Shown here one piece after another: positions 61,908 to 64,000 of a DNA stretch of 64,000 nucleotides. A model generated the notes under the pieces. That model did no database searches. It was not told where the DNA came from and saw only the letters and a list, made by a program, of their open reading frames with translations. Each line of letters begins with the position of its first letter. The first letter of the stretch is position 1. This stretch comes from Candidatus Bathyarchaeota archaeon. Its GTDB lineage: Archaea > Thermoproteota > Bathyarchaeia > Bathyarchaeales > Bathycorpusculaceae. The position numbers and the translations under genes were made by a program. The stretch is taken from positions 1,664,001 through 1,728,000 of the forward strand of contig OY970340.1 of NCBI GenBank assembly GCA_963717465.1. Reading direction: 5' to 3'.

Positions 61908-64000
61908 ATGTCAAATAGAGCTATATCGAAAACAATGTGGGTAATAATTCTTGTAATAATAATTGTAGTAGCAGCAGCAATAGGATCAATAGCTTACATG
62001 TTAACTAGACCGGCATCACAAATCTCTTTTAATGTGACATCTTTTGCAGCAGCACAAGGGACAGGCATTACTTTCACCGTAACTAGCTTTGCATCGGGTG
62101 GAAACGCAACAATTTACTTTGGAGATGGACAGTCGGCTACTGGTTTAACAGCCAGCTCACCTGCGGTAACCCATACTTACGCAAACCCTGGAAGCTACCT
62201 AGTGTACGTTCAGGAAAATGCTAGCGGCAACCAAATTTCCTCTTCAGCGAGTTCTTTGGAGACCATTTCGATAACGTCAAACATAACTGCTACCAATCCT
62301 ATAGCTCCATACGTATCAGTTCCTGTCATAGCAATGAATTCAACGTTGAATACTAAGGAGCCCATAGTATCTTCCGGTGATACTGCATACTTTTTAGGCG
62401 GATATCTTGAATCACCTTCTGATCCAAGCACCACTATAACGAGTTACACGTGGGACTTTGCCAATGGAGCGGCTAATCAAACAGTAAATGCAGATAGCTC
62501 ATCACTTGACCCAGTAGTAAATCCAGTAAATACGACTTTCTCGGCGGCTGGTCTTTACCCGGTAAGTTTAACTTTAACTACAACTGAAAGTTCACTTAAT
62601 GCTGAAAATTTAACTGTTACGCAAACCTACAATACTACCTATGAGTTTACTGTTGCGGTAAGCACAAGCGCACAACCATACGCATTGTATACCTATGGCA
62701 ATGTGCCTGACCCAGGAGTTATTAGAGTAGCAGAAAACGTCGCTGGAGGTCCATACTCATTTGACCCGCAAGTCGACTACGAAACTGTCGGCTATGAAGT
62801 CATTCTCAATACCATGGCAACTCTGCTAGTGTACAAGGGATCTTCGACAACTGATTTCTTGCCAATGTTAGCTGCATCAGTTCCAACGGTTGGAAACGGT
62901 ATTAACGCTGACAGCACACAATATAACTTTACGATAAGATCAGGTCTAAGTTTCTCAAATGGCGATCCAATCACAGCCTACGACGTCTATTACACTATGA
63001 TTAGAAACCTGCTTTTTGTCGGTGGAACGCCAGGAACACCCGATTGGATACTAGCTCAATACTTAATAAGTGGAGCTACATTGGGAAGCAAAATAGTGGC
63101 AAATGACACTGACACTGTTGATTACAATGCAATATTGAACGCGGTACAATGTGACAATGCAACAAACACGATAACTTTCAACCTTGCTAGTGCTACAAGT
63201 TCAGCGCAGTTCTTTACGGCAATTGCATTTCCGTTAGGCACTGGAGTGCTCGATGCAAAATGGCTTGAAAGTGTCGGCGCAGGCATCACTTTCTCACCAG
63301 CAGGATTCTCTAACTATGAAAACCAAGCTAATGAAGGCAGCTATGTTACGGATGTCCAGAATAGTCCTGTTGCATCGGGTCCTTATGAAATTCAAAGCTA
63401 TGCTTCAGGGCAATCCGTGGTTTTAACACCTAACCCAGGATGGACAGGCGTTACAGGAATACCTGCGGTAAAGAATACAATAGAAATATCATGGGTTAAA
63501 GATCCGGAAACAGCCTACGAAATATACACCAGTGGTCAATCCGACATGCTAACTCTGATTCCGTCAAACTACTTCCCACAACTCAAGGCTCAAGAATCAG
63601 CAGGTCAAACCGATATCTACAGCGTATCATCTCTATCGTGCTTCTTCTATGTCTTTAACGCAAACGTGTCAGTATCTACAATGCAGTCACAGTGGCCAGG
63701 CTCAAGTATGCCCGCGACGTATTTTGCTAATACGCTAGTGCGAGAAGCCTTCGCTTACGCATTTAACTACACTAACTACTTAGACGAAATAGTAGGCAAT
63801 TCTGTCAATGGTGAGAACTTTGGAAGCAACTACACAGGCGCAATCATTAATGGTTTGCCATATTATGTGCCACAAGATGAACTTACAGGCGTGCCTGACT
63901 ATAACTTAACATATGCAACGCAACTCATGGAGCAATCGGGAGAAGCTGGTACAACAGTCAACATACCTATCATTATCCCATCAGGTGACACCGTCAACTA
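61908..64000 (+). CDS. ABC family-5 (peptide/nickel) substrate-binding protein with PKD domains; runs off window end
   Basis: Class III-like signal MSNRA/ISKT plus TM; PKD motifs IYFGDG, HTYANPGSY, YTWDF; SFDPQVDYE, LKFSNGDPITAYDV. Confidence 0.88.
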   Translation, partial: MSNRAISKTMWVIILVIIIVVAAAIGSIAYMLTRPASQISFNVTSFAAAQGTGITFTVTSFASGGNATIYFGDGQSATGLTASSPAVTHTYANPGSYLVYVQENASGNQISSSASSLETISITSNITATNPIAPYVSVPVIAMNSTLNTKEPIVSSGDTAYFLGGYLESPSDPSTTITSYTWDFANGAANQTVNADSSSLDPVVNPVNTTFSAAGLYPVSLTLTTTESSLNAENLTVTQTYNTTYEFTVAVSTSAQPYALYTYGNVPDPGVIRVAENVAGGPYSFDPQVDYETVGYEVILNTMATLLVYKGSSTTDFLPMLAASVPTVGNGINADSTQYNFTIRSGLSFSNGDPITAYDVYYTMIRNLLFVGGTPGTPDWILAQYLISGATLGSKIVANDTDTVDYNAILNAVQCDNATNTITFNLASATSSAQFFTAIAFPLGTGVLDAKWLESVGAGITFSPAGFSNYENQANEGSYVTDVQNSPVASGPYEIQSYASGQSVVLTPNPGWTGVTGIPAVKNTIEISWVKDPETAYEIYTSGQSDMLTLIPSNYFPQLKAQESAGQTDIYSVSSLSCFFYVFNANVSVSTMQSQWPGSSMPATYFANTLVREAFAYAFNYTNYLDEIVGNSVNGENFGSNYTGAIINGLPYYVPQDELTGVPDYNLTYATQLMEQSGEAGTTVNIPIIIPSGDTVN

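Overview
Archaeal DNA. Bathyarchaeia/TACK-like origin is an inference from gene style, not established. Bases 1-43.7 kb form a dense methyl/alkyl-coenzyme M metabolism supercluster: the 3' end of a divergent mcrA; an MCR-activation operon (mmp3-6-5-15-17-nifB-mmp7-mmp8) divergent from atwA (component A2); a Cas2-like/DUF2117 fusion; mmp2; cysteate-route coenzyme M genes (cysteate synthase, fused comDE); a lipoate-assembly module (two Lpl ligases, two LipS1, one LipS2, an M23-like metallopeptidase and a GcvH/LbpA-like carrier); then hdrA-flxDCBA-hdrCB-hdrA-mvhDGA. The best candidate for a new system is the lipoyl/mercapto-acyl assembly module placed between CoM synthesis and a methanogen-type Hdr, with no classical lipoate-dependent client in the window. 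Bases 45-57 kb look like a decayed accessory region next to tRNA-Ala(CGC), with two degenerate copies of the tRNA 3' end, a transposase remnant and pseudogene fragments. Ordinary genes follow. Many genes carry apparent single-base insertions, most likely sequencing/consensus errors. Coordinates of these genes are hand-reconstructed across the frameshifts. All assignments are by motif recognition; no searches were run.
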